From Sphagnum compactum (Eukaryota): 64,000 nt of DNA. The notes below the pieces were generated by a model. That model had not been told where the DNA came from and did no database searches. It saw only the letters and a program-made list of their open reading frames with translations. Location: positions 2,604,001 through 2,668,000 of the forward strand of contig OZ234493.1 of NCBI GenBank assembly GCA_965153455.1, given 5' to 3'. Positions 39,101 to 52,096 of this stretch are shown piece by piece; the stretch's first letter is position 1, and every line of letters begins with the position of its first letter. The translations under genes and the position numbers were made by a program.

Positions 39101-39932
39101 TTCTCTTCACTTTGGCCGCTATGATGAGAATCGTGTTGGCATTTCAGACTGACAAAGCTTCCATGCTAGATGAGGCAATTGAGTACATCAAGATGCTAAA
39201 GGTACAACTCCAGGTATGTTTTTGGATCCAAATTTTCAGCTTTGGGTTTCTATATCTCCAAGGCTGTATGGTTTTGCTTCCTTGTGAGTGATGAAGAACT
39301 AACGAGGAGTTTTTTGTGCCATGGGTGGGATCGGTAGATGATGTCCATGAGAAGTGGAGTGAACCTACCCCCAATGGTCCTGCCTTCAGGAATCCATTGT
39401 ATGCAGATGCCACAGATGCCACAGATGCCGATGAGCATGGGTGTGGGGATGGGAATGGGCATGGGCTTAGGGATGGGCATGGTGGATATGGGTGCAACTG
39501 GCTCAGGCCAAGGGGTGATGCCAGCAATGTCCTTTATGGGTCCAGTACCACCCAATAGGGGTGTCCCAAGCATGATGGCAGCAGAAACCCGTGATGCCTG
39601 CTTGGTAAATGCAAACATCATGGATCCCCGTAAAGCCTACCTCACCCACCAGCACCAAGCCATGCAAATCCAGCAGGTGAGTTGAAACTTCTTTGAGTTT
39701 CTCTCTGACACTTGGAAGTTGTTTTTCTTGGTTTTGCAGTAACTACTTCAAAATAAATGTGTGGTTTTTACACCACAAGTTGTGCCTTGTGCAGCCCATG
39801 ACTAATGAGATGTATAATATATACATTCTGCAACAACATCAGCAACAACAGCAACAACAATATCAGCAATATCAACTCCAACAAGAACACCATCAGTCCT
39901 TCACCATGGCAGCTGGCCCAAGTCCACTATAG
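36166..39932 (+). CDS. PIF: Phytochrome-interacting factor (PIF)-like bHLH transcription factor, 7 coding exons, ~779 aa
   Basis: Exons with GT..AG borders and consistent phase: 36166-36314, 36791-38282, 38521-38610, 38902-38967, 39148-39213, 39338-39676, 39795-39932 (2340 nt). The bHLH reads KRNRAAEVHNLSER/RRRDRINEKMKSLQELIPNSNK/TDKASMLDEAIEYIKMLKVQLQ with the three introns typical of this subfamily. Also present: N-terminal MSFCVPEW, DDEMISWLQDPP, APA-like MNFPVFARPAALMKANL, a GMGMGMG tract after the bHLH and a Q-rich C-terminus. Confidence 0.92.
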
Positions 39933-41391
39933 CTGTATGTCCACAAGTGACTTTTCTCCCAAGGCTTCTTTTGCTTATTGTATTGCTTCTTATTTTGACC
40001 CTCGATTTGAATCTCAAGTCCTTATAGGCTTAAAGTTGGAGCTAGTAAATGACTTCTAGAGTATGCACGCACATGGAGTGTAGCTCCTCTGAAATAATAA
40101 ATTCTTCATCATCCAGGTGGCTGGTTCTTTCACTGCACCAAAAGGGTTTTGAAGGACAGGTTCATCATGGAGCAGGAGTACAAAGACGGCTCCTAATTGG
40201 ATTTGGTTCGGATTGTTGCTCAATGTGCACAGCAGTCTGGGAGACACCCATGGTGCATGTAGTTTTGTAGGTCAGCTCAATTGGACAGTTCAAATTGCTT
40301 AGGACCTCTGAGTGGGCATAGGTCAATTTTCTTTTTTGTGAAGGCTAAGGATTTGTTTTTCATCCCTAAAAAACCCTCAGTGACATTTGATTCAATGACC
40401 CACATGTTTGACTGAGGTGTTTATTCAGGAATGCTTTGGTTACTTATGAGTCAGTGAATATATAATGTTCATTGTCGAGTGGCACTTTTTAAAGTGAGAG
40501 TCGGATTTCTAGATTGAAATGGAAGGAAAAGCTGGAGGATTTGACTTCTTTGGAAGACCCAAGCTTTGACCTAAATGCTTTTGAGGAAGTGTTGTCACCA
40601 AAATCATGTGTGGGCTAATGCTTCACTCAGTGACATTTCAGATTTTGGCGGAGGGTAGCAGATGGTTCATGGGCTCAATGAACAGCCATCTGATGTCTCC
40701 CACTGTATTCATGTATCGTAAAGTACAGATATTAATTTGAAATAGTGGAGTGTGGAGAAAGTTGCAAACTTGAAAGTTGACATGTTGGAAGAGTCTGTGT
40801 GCAGTCTTTGGAGCTTTAAATCCCATTGTGAAAATTCTAGGAATTCCTGTTTACATGGTTCTTTCTTTTGCTTTGACTAATTGGAAGCCATACCTTCCTC
40901 TCCATCAAAGGCAGTTGGGTTGGGAGTGCTTTCCATCGTTCCAGCACAAACAAGAGGAAGGCACTTCCCAAATATGTAGACAACACAAGATTGAGCTAAT
41001 GTAAACAATGAGCCCCACCAAGCAGCAAAGACAGTGAATGGATCCCAGTTATGTAAAATGGTCATGAAAGGCCTTGACACGGTAATGAAAGAGAGATTCA
41101 TGACTAGGCATTGGCAACTGTGGTGGTACCAAATAAGGACAGCAGATTGGGAATCTCTATGAATTATGAATCATTCAATCACCATCATATCTATTGTAAA
41201 GAGTTTTCCAATGCCAAGTGAAGCTTAGCAACTGGACATGATTTGGCCCTCCAAATCACACTTTAAAGACAGAGAGTCATTTTTGTTCTTTTGTTTAAAA
41301 CTTGTTTTCTTTTCTTTTTTGCGGGCAATACAAGCTCACTGAATTCTATGTCATTGAGACCTCTCCAAAATCACTCAATTCAGACATGTTT

Positions 41392-41653
41392 TGACCTAGT
41401 GTAACATGTTGGACTAGTAACAACTTTTGAGCATACTGAACTTCCTCCTGGTATTGGGTTATTTTCTTTGCACCCAGCAGGTACATTACGCTTTCGCACT
41501 AGCCTGATCCTGGTATTGGTTGGGTCCGAGGCTGATTTTTGTCTGGTATAAGGCAGGTGTAAACCTGGTATTTGGTATCAATGGAAGGCATGTATATACT
41601 TGGGATTTATCTTAGGTCCCATACCAAGCTGGGACTACCTTACACTAAGGTCA
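41392..41653. mobile_element. MITE (~260 bp) between the two genes
   Basis: Inverted termini TGACC-TAGTGTAA (41392) and TTACACTAAGGTCA (41640-41653), with internal CTGGTAT repeats. Confidence 0.55.
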
Positions 41654-43944
41654 GATTCATCATTAAATCATCATCAAAATAGTGAGATGAATTTTTGTGA
41701 AAATAAGAAGTTGACATGTTGAAAATCATCATAAACCTGGCCCTGGGCCTAACTTGACAAAAACATGGGATCAATTGGATGAAACAGAAGACCCGTTGAG
41801 ACTGCTCTTAGGGTATTTTTGCCCAGGGCCAGGTCTTGGGTGTAGGTTTAGGTTATAGGCCTTAGTACAGGGATTTGGGACTAGGATTTAGGGACCTGGC
41901 TCCAATCTCCCATTCTGCAATTTGTTTTTTTACCTCATTTCCCACTTCCTACCTCTGACCTTGTTTCCTTTTTTTCCTCAAATCCCAGTCCTTGTGTGTT
42001 TCACCATGAAGATCAGAGAACACCTGACTTCTTGGAGTAATAATTTGAAAAAGTTTAAGATCACAAAGGGTGCAAGGGATGTGCTCTCTTGAAGTGAAGT
42101 GAATGAAGCCTTGAAAAAAATTTCCTATCAAAAATGCTTGTACCAACAATCCAAAAAATAGGACCCAGCCCCGCTTTGAATGAAAATTAACAGGCCTCAT
42201 CAAGCTTAGAATCATCAACCCAAAGAACCCGCAGCATAAAAAAAACTTGATTTGGCCCCAAAATCAAAAGCATTTAATTTATTCGAATATTTTTCAGACT
42301 TGGAACCAACAGACGATCCACTTTATAAAAAACACTAAACCCCAACCCAACCAACATGGGTTTTGAGTTTTGACCTTTCAAACCTCACTTCAACTATGTG
42401 AAAATCCTTGAAGTCCTAACTACCAAAGTAAGAATTTTGAATTATCTGCAATTAAAGGGTTTTCTTCAAATGCTGGATTTGGACAACAGTGGTACATACT
42501 GCAGTGGCAAGTTGCTTCAAGTACACCCTTTCTATTGAATACATGCAAATCAAGCAATTTGTGGAGAACAAAATAGTGTCTAATCAGCTGATAAGTTTGA
42601 TTAAATTGTCAAAAGTGATTCACATAACATCTGCCTAATCTCCTTCTAGTCATCTTTTACCATAATTTTTCATGATTGCACCTAGAGCACAATAGTTGCA
42701 GTTCTTCAAGGCTTCTGTAAGAGCAGATAAACCATTTCTTAGGATCCACCCAAACTCTGGTATGTCAGTGTCTACCAATGTCTCACTTCGAAACATAGAT
42801 TCGTTTGTAATTCACATCTGAATTTAATGAATGAGTTGCATATCTTCCCAGTGAGCTTTACTAGAGAGCGTACTGACTATCAAAATGAAGAATACATGAA
42901 TTCTGCATAATTGGATCATCACTTATGCCATTTTACACTTAATAATCTGTAACATTCAAAGCGAAACTGCAGGGCAATGCAAGTGCCTAGTGTCATTCTC
43001 AGTCAGTCATGTCTTAAGGAACCCAAACATATCATCACATGATAACTCAGTGCACAATCCCATGCTCACAAGCATCATGCATAGACAGGTGCTGTGAAAT
43101 TAACATACGGTATTACAACATTGAGATGAGTAAACGGAAAATCTGTGATCACCCACAGGACCACCTTGCATAGGGAGACAATAATAAAGAAGACACTGGC
43201 AAGCTGGCCCTTGCAGTGAAAGGAACCCTATGTACAGTGAGAGGACCCCTGATATCACCATTGCTGCATTTTGACCAGACCCAGCTTATGAGGCAGCCCC
43301 TCACAAGGAAAGAGAGGGGGACCTTGGAACCCCCTTCAATCCTTCAAACCCAACATTTGCAAACAAGACCTACATGTGTGAGTCTGTACAGCCAGAATGA
43401 AGGACACTTGTTTTACACACCCACTACAGCTAACACTCCTGGCCTCCACCCTTCCCTTCTCACACACACAATGCCCTTTACCCCATTCACACTGTTGTGA
43501 TTCTTTGGATAGCTCTCAATCTCCACACCCGACCAGAGGAAGGAGGAAGGGGGCCAGTCAGAAGCTGATACCACCAGGACCATTCACTTCCAGAGCTTTC
43601 TACCTTCTTGCATGGAGCCATTACTTATAGACAGATCATCAACAGACAAGGATCTACACAAAGATACATGCCGGTACAAGCTGGAACAGACCTCTCCCTT
43701 CCCCCTCTCATCCCCTTCATCAAACACAAATTGAGTAAAATAGTACACTATTACACTATTTACTGCTGTGGTGATCTCTCTGGCCTGTTTTCTCTGAAAC
43801 ACACTGCACCCTAGAATTCCAAGCCCAACTTGCCAGCAAGACACCACCATGTAACAGAACAAGAAACATCATTAGTGGTAGAGGAAGCACGTGTTTTGGT
43901 GCTCCTAGATAGAGCACCTGTCTTGCACATTTGATCCAGATTTC

Positions 43945-46900
43945 TTAAGCCGCAAGGTTGTGTGCCATGTAGGCAGCACTCCGCCTCTCTGCATCAACTA
44001 ACACAGTGTAAGTGCCTTCAACTCCAGCATAGTATGTGATTAGAAACTTCAGGCAGGGCAAACGGTCTGAGTAGGCACAGTTTACCTCCAGCTGCAATAA
44101 GCTTCTCCACACGTGCCACAATGTGTTTACCATATGTGTACTTCTTAAGGGCATGTAAATGCACCCGAATGCGTGCTAAAAGCAGTTCACGCTGTGCCTC
44201 ATCGCACGTCTCAAGAACCTTCTGGACTACATAATTAGCAAACTGGTCTTTCATCATTGCCTGAGCCAATCCACAGCCAGACATTCATGTCAGTACCTAA
44301 TTCATCTGCCTACTCAATAAACACACCATGCACAGAAGTTCTTTTGGCTTCTCTTCTTGAAAAAAAACACTCCTGTACCTCTTCTACACTAACATGACTG
44401 AAATTATGGAAAAATAAGACATTGATGTTTGCTGCTTGAGATCCAAATCTTTTATCACAAAAGGGTGGCTTTGTGCAGGCTCCAAAACATCCCACTTGTT
44501 ATGGCCCAGGTCATAGATCAAGTGCATGTCCAACCTGTAGGGGCTCATTCTCATCGGTGTGACCAAGCATTTCATTGATCAAAATTTGGCGCTCAGCTGG
44601 GCCCCCAAACTCCAAGCACTTCTCCACCACATTGGATGCAAATTTGTGTTGACTCATTTGTACAATTTGCCCAGCCAGCTTTGTAATGATCTCCTTTCTC
44701 TCATGGTCTCGCCCATGCTCCAGCACATGCTGCCAACCGACCAACACAGAAAAACCATGAATTGACTGTTTCTTGTAACTTCCAAAAATCATCTGACAAG
44801 CAGTTGTTATGTCTCCCCACTTACATTCAAGAGTGCAAAAAGAATACAAAACATCCATGTACTTGAAAGGTCAGTATATACTTTCTACCATGGCAATTAT
44901 GTACAAACCATGAGAGATGTCAGCAGTTAGTGCACACCACAAACACAAAAACTACCTTATTGCTAGTTCTACACAACTACCAGGTTTGGCACTTTCATTT
45001 GCAATTCAGTCACAGAAAGCTACACAGTCCAGAGAAGTATGTCTGCCCAGAGGAAAAACCTAAAAATTGAACACCCAAAACATGCACTTGTCAGCTGACT
45101 CCAGGAGAACAATGAACTGTAGAGAGCTGATGATTGCAGTAAACCTGGACAACATAATTGCCATATTGGTCTTGGGCAAGAATACAAGTAGAGCGCAGAA
45201 TTTCCTCCATAATGCCGCGCTGTTTCTGCTCATCTGTGCAATGCTCCAGTACTCTCTGGTAAATCAGGGAGACAAAAACATGCTTTAAAGATCTGGCAAA
45301 TCGTCAATCCAAAACACAACTGGAGCCTATTGAAAAGTGTCTCAATGGACATATGAAAATAAGCATCATGCTTCCACCACTGATATTGAGATCTAGTTCA
45401 AGTGTCCTAAAAAGTGAAAGAAGTTTTGTGAAATCTAAAAGCAAGCTCACCGGAATCTCATTAATCAGGCAGATTAGCGACAGAGTATAGTATGCACCAC
45501 ACCATAATTTTGGATTGTGGGTTTTGAGAATTTCACCTGGATGACTCGGCAGCCATATGGATGTGTCGAGAGCACCACAACTTGATTGTCAAATGCAGAT
45601 ATAATGAAATGTATTCTGTCAGGAGGTACACATTCAATGCACTTCTGAATCACATGGTTTCCATTCTGATCACGCACGCAACGCATCACATTCCCATCCA
45701 GCTCAGACACCAACTGTGTCTGCTGATCAACATCTACCACTTCCAATGCCTGATACAACACACAAAATGCACTATATCAAGCCAAATGTAACCTACAATT
45801 AAAAGACCACAAGATGACCACAGCACACAATTTGAGCATGCGTAAGGTAATGTGCACCTCACAGAAAAGTTGAGCACAACAGATAAGCCTAAAGCCCAAC
45901 ATTTTTGCCATGCTAAGTGCACTTGATTCCATTGAATATTTCAGGAGTCACACAGTTGGTCGAAACACAGTCATTTGCAAATACCTTTTGAATAACTCGG
46001 CAGCCATACATTTGGAGGCTGAGTACCAGAACATGTCCCACCAATTGATTTGCCAGATCCCACCTCTGTTGAGGTGTGCCATGCTCAAAAAACTGCACAA
46101 AAAGCACATACTCAGATCAGTAAGTTCCTCTCTTGATTGATCTCAACCACAAATCAGTGACTCAAGACTCCAAAGTCCACACTAAACAAATGGGGGTTTC
46201 TTATGACTCCAGAGTCTGCCCTAAACAAACGAGATCTCTAAGAATTGATATAAGGCTTTCAGTATACAGTAAAAACCTTTTGAATCACATAGTTGCCAAA
46301 TACATCAGTCATGAGTGTCAAGGCTCGAGGTAGCACTTCTTGGAAAACCATGCCCTTCTCATCTGGGTTTGCAGTTTCCAATTTCTGTTGAATGAAACGG
46401 CTCCCATGTTGATCAGCACTGCACACCCACAGAAGAACACCATATGCTTGGACTGCTGCAAAATGCTTAAATCATCACAGATGGCAAATACACCTGCCAC
46501 TGCCTCAAAGCTCTTCTCTGAGTGTTAATAACATCTCTCTTCAGGAACATGGAGTCTCAGGTTGAACAGAATCAGACATACCTGAACTCAACAACATGAC
46601 CTGTAATGTCAGACAGTTCAAAACGTCGCGTCTTACTGTTTTTGTATTCCTCAAGAAGAGTGGATCCTCGTATCTCCTCAGTGGTCTCTGAGCTTCTTTG
46701 AGATTGCCACCCAGAGTAACTTGTTCCAGCTGCAGTGGCAGTAGATCTGCCAGTTCCTGAAGTGAGACGTAGGTTCCGATCATCCCGTCTCACAGACAGA
46801 CTTCCTGGCCCAACAGGTGAACCCGGCAGCACAGGACTGGTAAGGGGTGAATTGTTATATGGCATCACCACTCCTACTCCTGGAGGGCTGCCATAATAGG

Positions 46901-49900
46901 CTGGACTGACTGACCCACTCTTGTTTGACACTACTGGCACCCCTATCGATCCAGTCCTTGCATACTGTGATTTTTGCTCTCCTGTATACCCTAACATCAC
47001 CCCTAACTGGCTCTTTTGAAGCTCCATCAGATCAACATTACCCCCTCCAACATTATAGGTCCTGTACAGGGCAGGATCATTCAATGCACGGGCCTCATCT
47101 GCAGCACGTTGCATGTACTGTTGCAGGTAGATTGGATCATGTATCTGGGGTGAAAGCCCTGAGCCAGCTTGCCCTGTAAACTTGTAAAGGTGCTGCATAT
47201 CAACAGCTGCTTGAGCAGGAGACCCTGGAACCCCTGTCCGCACCCCCATACTAGCTGCCACAGCTGCTGCTGTTGCAGCATCAAAGGTCACTTGAGGTGG
47301 GTAGCCAGTCATCATCGGGGCCAGCACAGCTGGATTTACAGGATATCCACCAATTCCATACTGCGGGGCATAAACAGCTGCGGAGTTTAGATTGGGGTAA
47401 TAAGGGTTCCCAGCCATGTACATTGCTGCAGCTGCTGCTGCATACATATTAGGAGCAGTGGCACCTGCATGGAGTGTGGGTTGAAGTGCAGAAGCCTGTG
47501 CCTGCTGGCTAGTCAGTCCAGGGACACTGAACTTCACCTGACCCCTGTAGCCAGAGTCAAACCCAGAATACAACTGTTGTTGCTGTTGTTGTTGTTGCTG
47601 CTGCTGCTGCTGTAGAGCCTGATTGTATGCTAGTGCCTGCTGCAACTGCACTGCCTGCAAAAGAAGGTAAAAACATATATAAAGAAGATAAAAGGGAAAA
47701 AAAGGCACCAAGAACATACTATGTATTCCTATGCCAATATTAACCCAAGAAGTTATCGTTAATGCAGTGAGGGCATGGGAACCCTAGGACAGACAACTAT
47801 ACTGACCATAAAGCAAATACTAACTCTCACGAGTATCAAGAAATCTCCATATTCACAATAAGTAAACCAGGACAAGGTGCAAAACTTTTCCTTCAAGTCA
47901 AAGAAAAACTTCCAGATAAGGACTGAAGAACTGGGAAGAAAAAAAAACATAGAAGGAAAGAACTTGAACACAAACAATAAAACTAGCAGTACAAATAGCA
48001 GGAGTGAGAGTCTCTCACTTATTCAGGGACCATCAACAGTAACATCTATGATACTGCCTTATCTATCACAACCTACCCACTGACTTCATCGGCTTCCTAC
48101 AGTGGGTATAGGCTAGTGTAACACTAGCCTGTGTACTGAGTTTGTGTCACAAGACCAGGAGCAACAGGAAGACTCAGCCATGATACTAGATAGCACCCAA
48201 CACCACAGAAGGGAAAACATAGAAAAACACACAAAGGAAAAAAAACAAAAAACAAAAGAGGACACACGATAGGAAGAAAAGAACAGAAAACAATAGACAA
48301 GCAAGGACCAAGTGGACTTTAAAAAGGTCTCCAATTACAAGACTCTATACAAACTCATTCGGAAGAATCCTCATCAAAGGTATCACACAAAACACCTTGA
48401 GGACACAAAAGCAAACAACAGACAGAAAGCAACCTGTGCAGCTTGTGCTTGGGCAGCAATCTGGACACGTTGTTGTTGCTGTTGCTGCTGCTGCTGCTGC
48501 TGTTGGCGCTGCTGCTGTTGCTGCAGACGCAACTGTTGCTGCTGCAGGAGCTCCCGGTCTTCTATTGCTGCTGCAGCCCCTTGTACATCCGACATACTCA
48601 TCCCCTGTAATGATGCTGCAAGATCCATAACACTACCACTTGATGCAGTGCTCCCTTGCAATGCTGCTGCAAATTCTGCAGCACTCGCACTTGCTGCCCT
48701 GTTGAGGGCCACACTTCTTGCTTCAGCACTTGTCAGATTCATAGTTCCACCAGAAAGTCCAGGAACTGCCCCCATCATTGCTACTCCAGGACTGGGAGAT
48801 CGAGTATGAGGAACAGGAGAGTCCAGAGAGGCTGTTCTTGGCACAGGGGCTGCTGGCCCTGAAGATTGCCCATGCTTGCTGGCAACCCCTGGAATTGGAG
48901 TAGAGGTGCGTGAGCCAAGTCCAGTTGCTGCTACATTGAGTTCCGCAGTAGTTGCAGAGGTCTGTGAAGCATCACGCAAATGTGTGAGCTGCATGTCGAG
49001 TGTTGGGGCTGCATCTGCACCTTCTTCGGTTGCTGCTCTGCTTGAAGACCTGGAAAGTTGGTATACTGGTGACGGCGTTCGAGGAAAGTCCTCCTGCAGT
49101 TGATAAGACAAAAGAAAGCACATGAGTGCCAGGGTGGTGGTTTCTCTTTCAAAAAGGTTCACATCACATCTCTTCTAAGTGGCTCTGTAAAACCCTGAAT
49201 TTGCTGGACAGATGCAACACAATGCACATGTGCACAATCACTGGATTCTTCTGCAAATGCCAAAATGTGAACTTGGGTTCAACAAAGAATGATAAAGTTG
49301 AGAAGTTTAGTCCAATTCCAGAGCGTGCAAAGGAACCCTATGCAATTCAGAGGGCAAAGAAAGGAAATTCGAAGTGGCAAAAGCATGGAAGAGCTGCTGC
49401 ACCTGAATAAGGTCTACAAGACTTTTGGGACGGGCTCCCAGCCCTGTGGAAGCAAGACCCATCAAACGATCTACTCGTCTATCGGCCCAGTCGCTGGAGG
49501 TTTGTCTTACAAGGTTGCCTATGGGCGAGGAATTATCCTCATCCAAGGGCTCCGGCTCCTCTGTATGGGTGGGTAGCACAGGTTGTGTGGAAAACAAGGA
49601 TTTGCTGTTGCTGTCATCCATAGACCTCAACTTCCTTTTGTCTCCAATGCCTCCAACCCCCATACCTGATTGCAATCTCTGCGCCAGCCGGTAATTATCC
49701 CAAGAGATTAGCGGCGGGGGTAGCCTAGGGTTGAGGTTAATGTTGTTGTAGTAATAGACGAGGTACGCAGGGTCGGATCGTTGCTCCTGTTCAGCGTCCA
49801 GCACATCTCCTTCCCCGAGTTGCGTCTTGGAAACACGACCCCCAGACTTAGGGCTTGTGGTGGTAGCAAGGTGAGAAAACAAACCCCCCATCGCCGCAAA

Positions 49901-50173
49901 CGACCCCTCCACACTGGGTGGCGCACTCCCACTCCGTTGCGGTACACCCTTCTCACTAAATTCGAACCGCGTGTGTCTGTTGAGCAACAAACCCAACTCC
50001 TCTGCTCCATCTTGAGTCGGCAACAAAGAGCTATGATGAGCTCCAACACCACCACCAACACCACCACTACCCAAAACGGCAGTTCCCCGTGGACCATCCC
50101 CGAGAGAAACTCCACCAATGCCCCCTCTCATTCCCCCACCTGATAACATTCTCACCGGGCTCTCTGTCGCCAT
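43945..50173 (-). CDS. PUM: Pumilio/PUF RNA-binding protein (APUM1-6-like, long N-terminal region plus 8 Puf repeats), 10 coding exons, ~1163 aa
   Basis: Minus-strand exons: 50173-49403, 49093-48434, 47654-46582, 46418-46277, 46092-45985, 45749-45537, 45255-45145, 44729-44535, 44260-44086, 43988-43945 (3492 nt; all GT..AG and in phase). Conserved N-terminal motifs [38 protein letters not shown] and [19 protein letters not shown]. Eight Puf repeats run from [13 protein letters not shown] to [12 protein letters not shown]. Confidence 0.95.
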
Positions 50174-50830
50174 GTTTTTCTCGCTCTCCTTCACCTCCAC
50201 CACCGCAACCAGCTTCCAAAAGCATCTAAGCTTTACGCATTGCCCCACATATCCCTTTTCCTCTTTCCTTTTTTTTTTTTTTTTTTCCCCCTCCTAATCT
50301 TCCACTTTCTCCTCTTGCTCCTCTTCCTCTCACTCCTCCGCTGCTGCACCCAAAACCCCAGCGTTCGTCTGTCCAACGAAGCTATCCCACTTTTGTTGCA
50401 GCAACCCAGCCAAGGCCACACCCCCCACAAAGGTTGTGACCTCTGCAGCTTTGCTGCAAAACAAGGAATAGGGAAAAAGAGGCAAACCCCACACACACCA
50501 ACGAGGAGAAAAGAGGCAGGAGAGGCAGGGAAAGGGAGCGCAGCACAGGGGCTGCCGCTGCTGGCGATGGCGGGTTGCGGAAAGCAGCGCTGCTTGTCAC
50601 TGCGGGGCCTCGCGAAGTGGATCATGACCGTCGGATCCTGGATTCATCGGCTCCGATTCGTTTAGGCGCAAGCCCTCAGGCAGCGGAAAACAGTGTTTTG
50701 GGTGCACGCTCTCTGTTAGGGCACTCGACGTTCGTGCGCCGTACGATGACCCCGCACTATGATTCGGAGCTGTCCGATTTCGCATTGGCGCTTTGTGGGC
50801 CTCTTTACTTACGTGGGTAAGTGCTTTACT
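50174..50830 (-). promoter_or_regulatory. GC/CpG-rich promoter and 5'UTR of the Pumilio gene
   Basis: CpG-dense segment directly upstream of the ATG at 50173, with an abrupt switch to AT-rich DNA at ~50830. Confidence 0.55.
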
Positions 50831-51156
50831 TAATTAAGTTACTTAAATTTATACTTTCACTTGCATTTCTAGTCATTGACTTCCTTTTTTTGTTTTTTTT
50901 TTTTGGTTTTTTGGGGTTGGTTTGGGGAATTTCAATTTTCACTCCTTTCACCAAGTAATGGAGTGGTTTTGTTGGCATAAGAGAAATACCATCTGTAGAG
51001 CATAGACACCTTTGACACATGTTTGTTGAATGACTAATTAATTTTGAAGATTCCATGTTGGAAAATAAAATATTTTTGAATATTTCAAAAGAATTTTTAT
51101 TTTTCTTTATAAAATCTCTTTGCTTTTAAAAAAAATTGAAAATTTCAACATTTTTA

Positions 51157-51162
<6 letters not shown>

Positions 51163-51195
<33 letters not shown>
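51163..51195. repeat. (TA)n microsatellite
   Basis: About 16 TA units. Also (CA)n at 33479-33502 and (AGGCT)n at 33929-33954. Confidence 0.9.
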
Positions 51196-51198
<3 letters not shown>

Positions 51199-51884
51199 TA
51201 ATCGGTGTGGAAGCTACCAAGGTACTATGATATCCCATTTTTATTACGTTAAATTGTGAAATTTAACATCTATGTAAGAAGAGTCAACACTAGGTAGTAA
51301 TCAGTTGTAACTTTCTTGACTTTCTCTTTCTTTTTCCTCTCAAAATGGAGAGAAAAAAGTTAGTAGGTATGTAAATGGAGGGCTCTCTTTGTTTTCCCCC
51401 AAAATGAGCAAAAAAAATTTTAAGCTTTTTTGTGGGGTCCCCTCCCCTTTTATTTTGCCAATAGGGAAAACCAAACTAGTTGTGAGTAGTGGGAAGAAAT
51501 GTGATGACACAATACTCTTTTGTATAGGAGCCAATTAAACAAATGAAAAAAATGCACTTAGTACAGACTCTCTCCATTTTCAGCCTATTATTATACTCAT
51601 CCAATTAGCCTTACTTTGTGTATGGGAATGGTGGTTACCTATTTGTATAGAGCCCAACTTTGAACAAGGTAAGGAGGTATGTTAGTCAAAAGGTGAAGAG
51701 GCCCTTATATTTATCATTGACCCATACATAGTCATGTAGACAGAGGAATCTACAAGTGCCTCTCCTAATTTGAGGGTTGTAGCACCAGAGGGCCATAACC
51801 TCAGGTTTGGGCTCAAATTTAAGGGGACACCAACAAGAGCCACAAGGGTGAACAAGCACTCAAACTGGTACCTTCTTCACCTTC

Positions 51885-52096
51885 TGCATTCACACCTAAT
51901 GTTAAGTCAGTGTTAAGTGAAAATCTAGGTGGCATCTTAGGTGGTACTACCCAATGTTAAATGGGTGATTATTTAATATTAAGTGAATGTTAACTTAACA
52001 CAAAATCTTCGTGGTAAATAGGTTTAGGTTCTAATTGACTAGCTTGGTGTTAGGGGACTTAATATTAGAGTCCTTAACATCAAATGTGAATGCACC
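51885..52096. mobile_element. Tourist/Harbinger-like MITE
   Basis: TGCATTCACACCTAATGTTAAG (51885) versus CTTAACATCAAATGTGAATGCA (52073-52094) form a ~22-bp TIR with 3 mismatches; TTA follows the right end. Confidence 0.6.

Noticed and set aside
48312..48809. Plus-strand poly-Cys ORF
   Set aside because: It is the antisense reading of the Pumilio polyQ exon.
49009..49029. Possible miR1030/miR530-type site in Pumilio exon 2 (CTGCATCTGCACCT)
   Set aside because: Only ~14 nt match the sequence as I recall it, with several 3' mismatches; the match is explicable by Gly-Ala-Asp-Ala codons.
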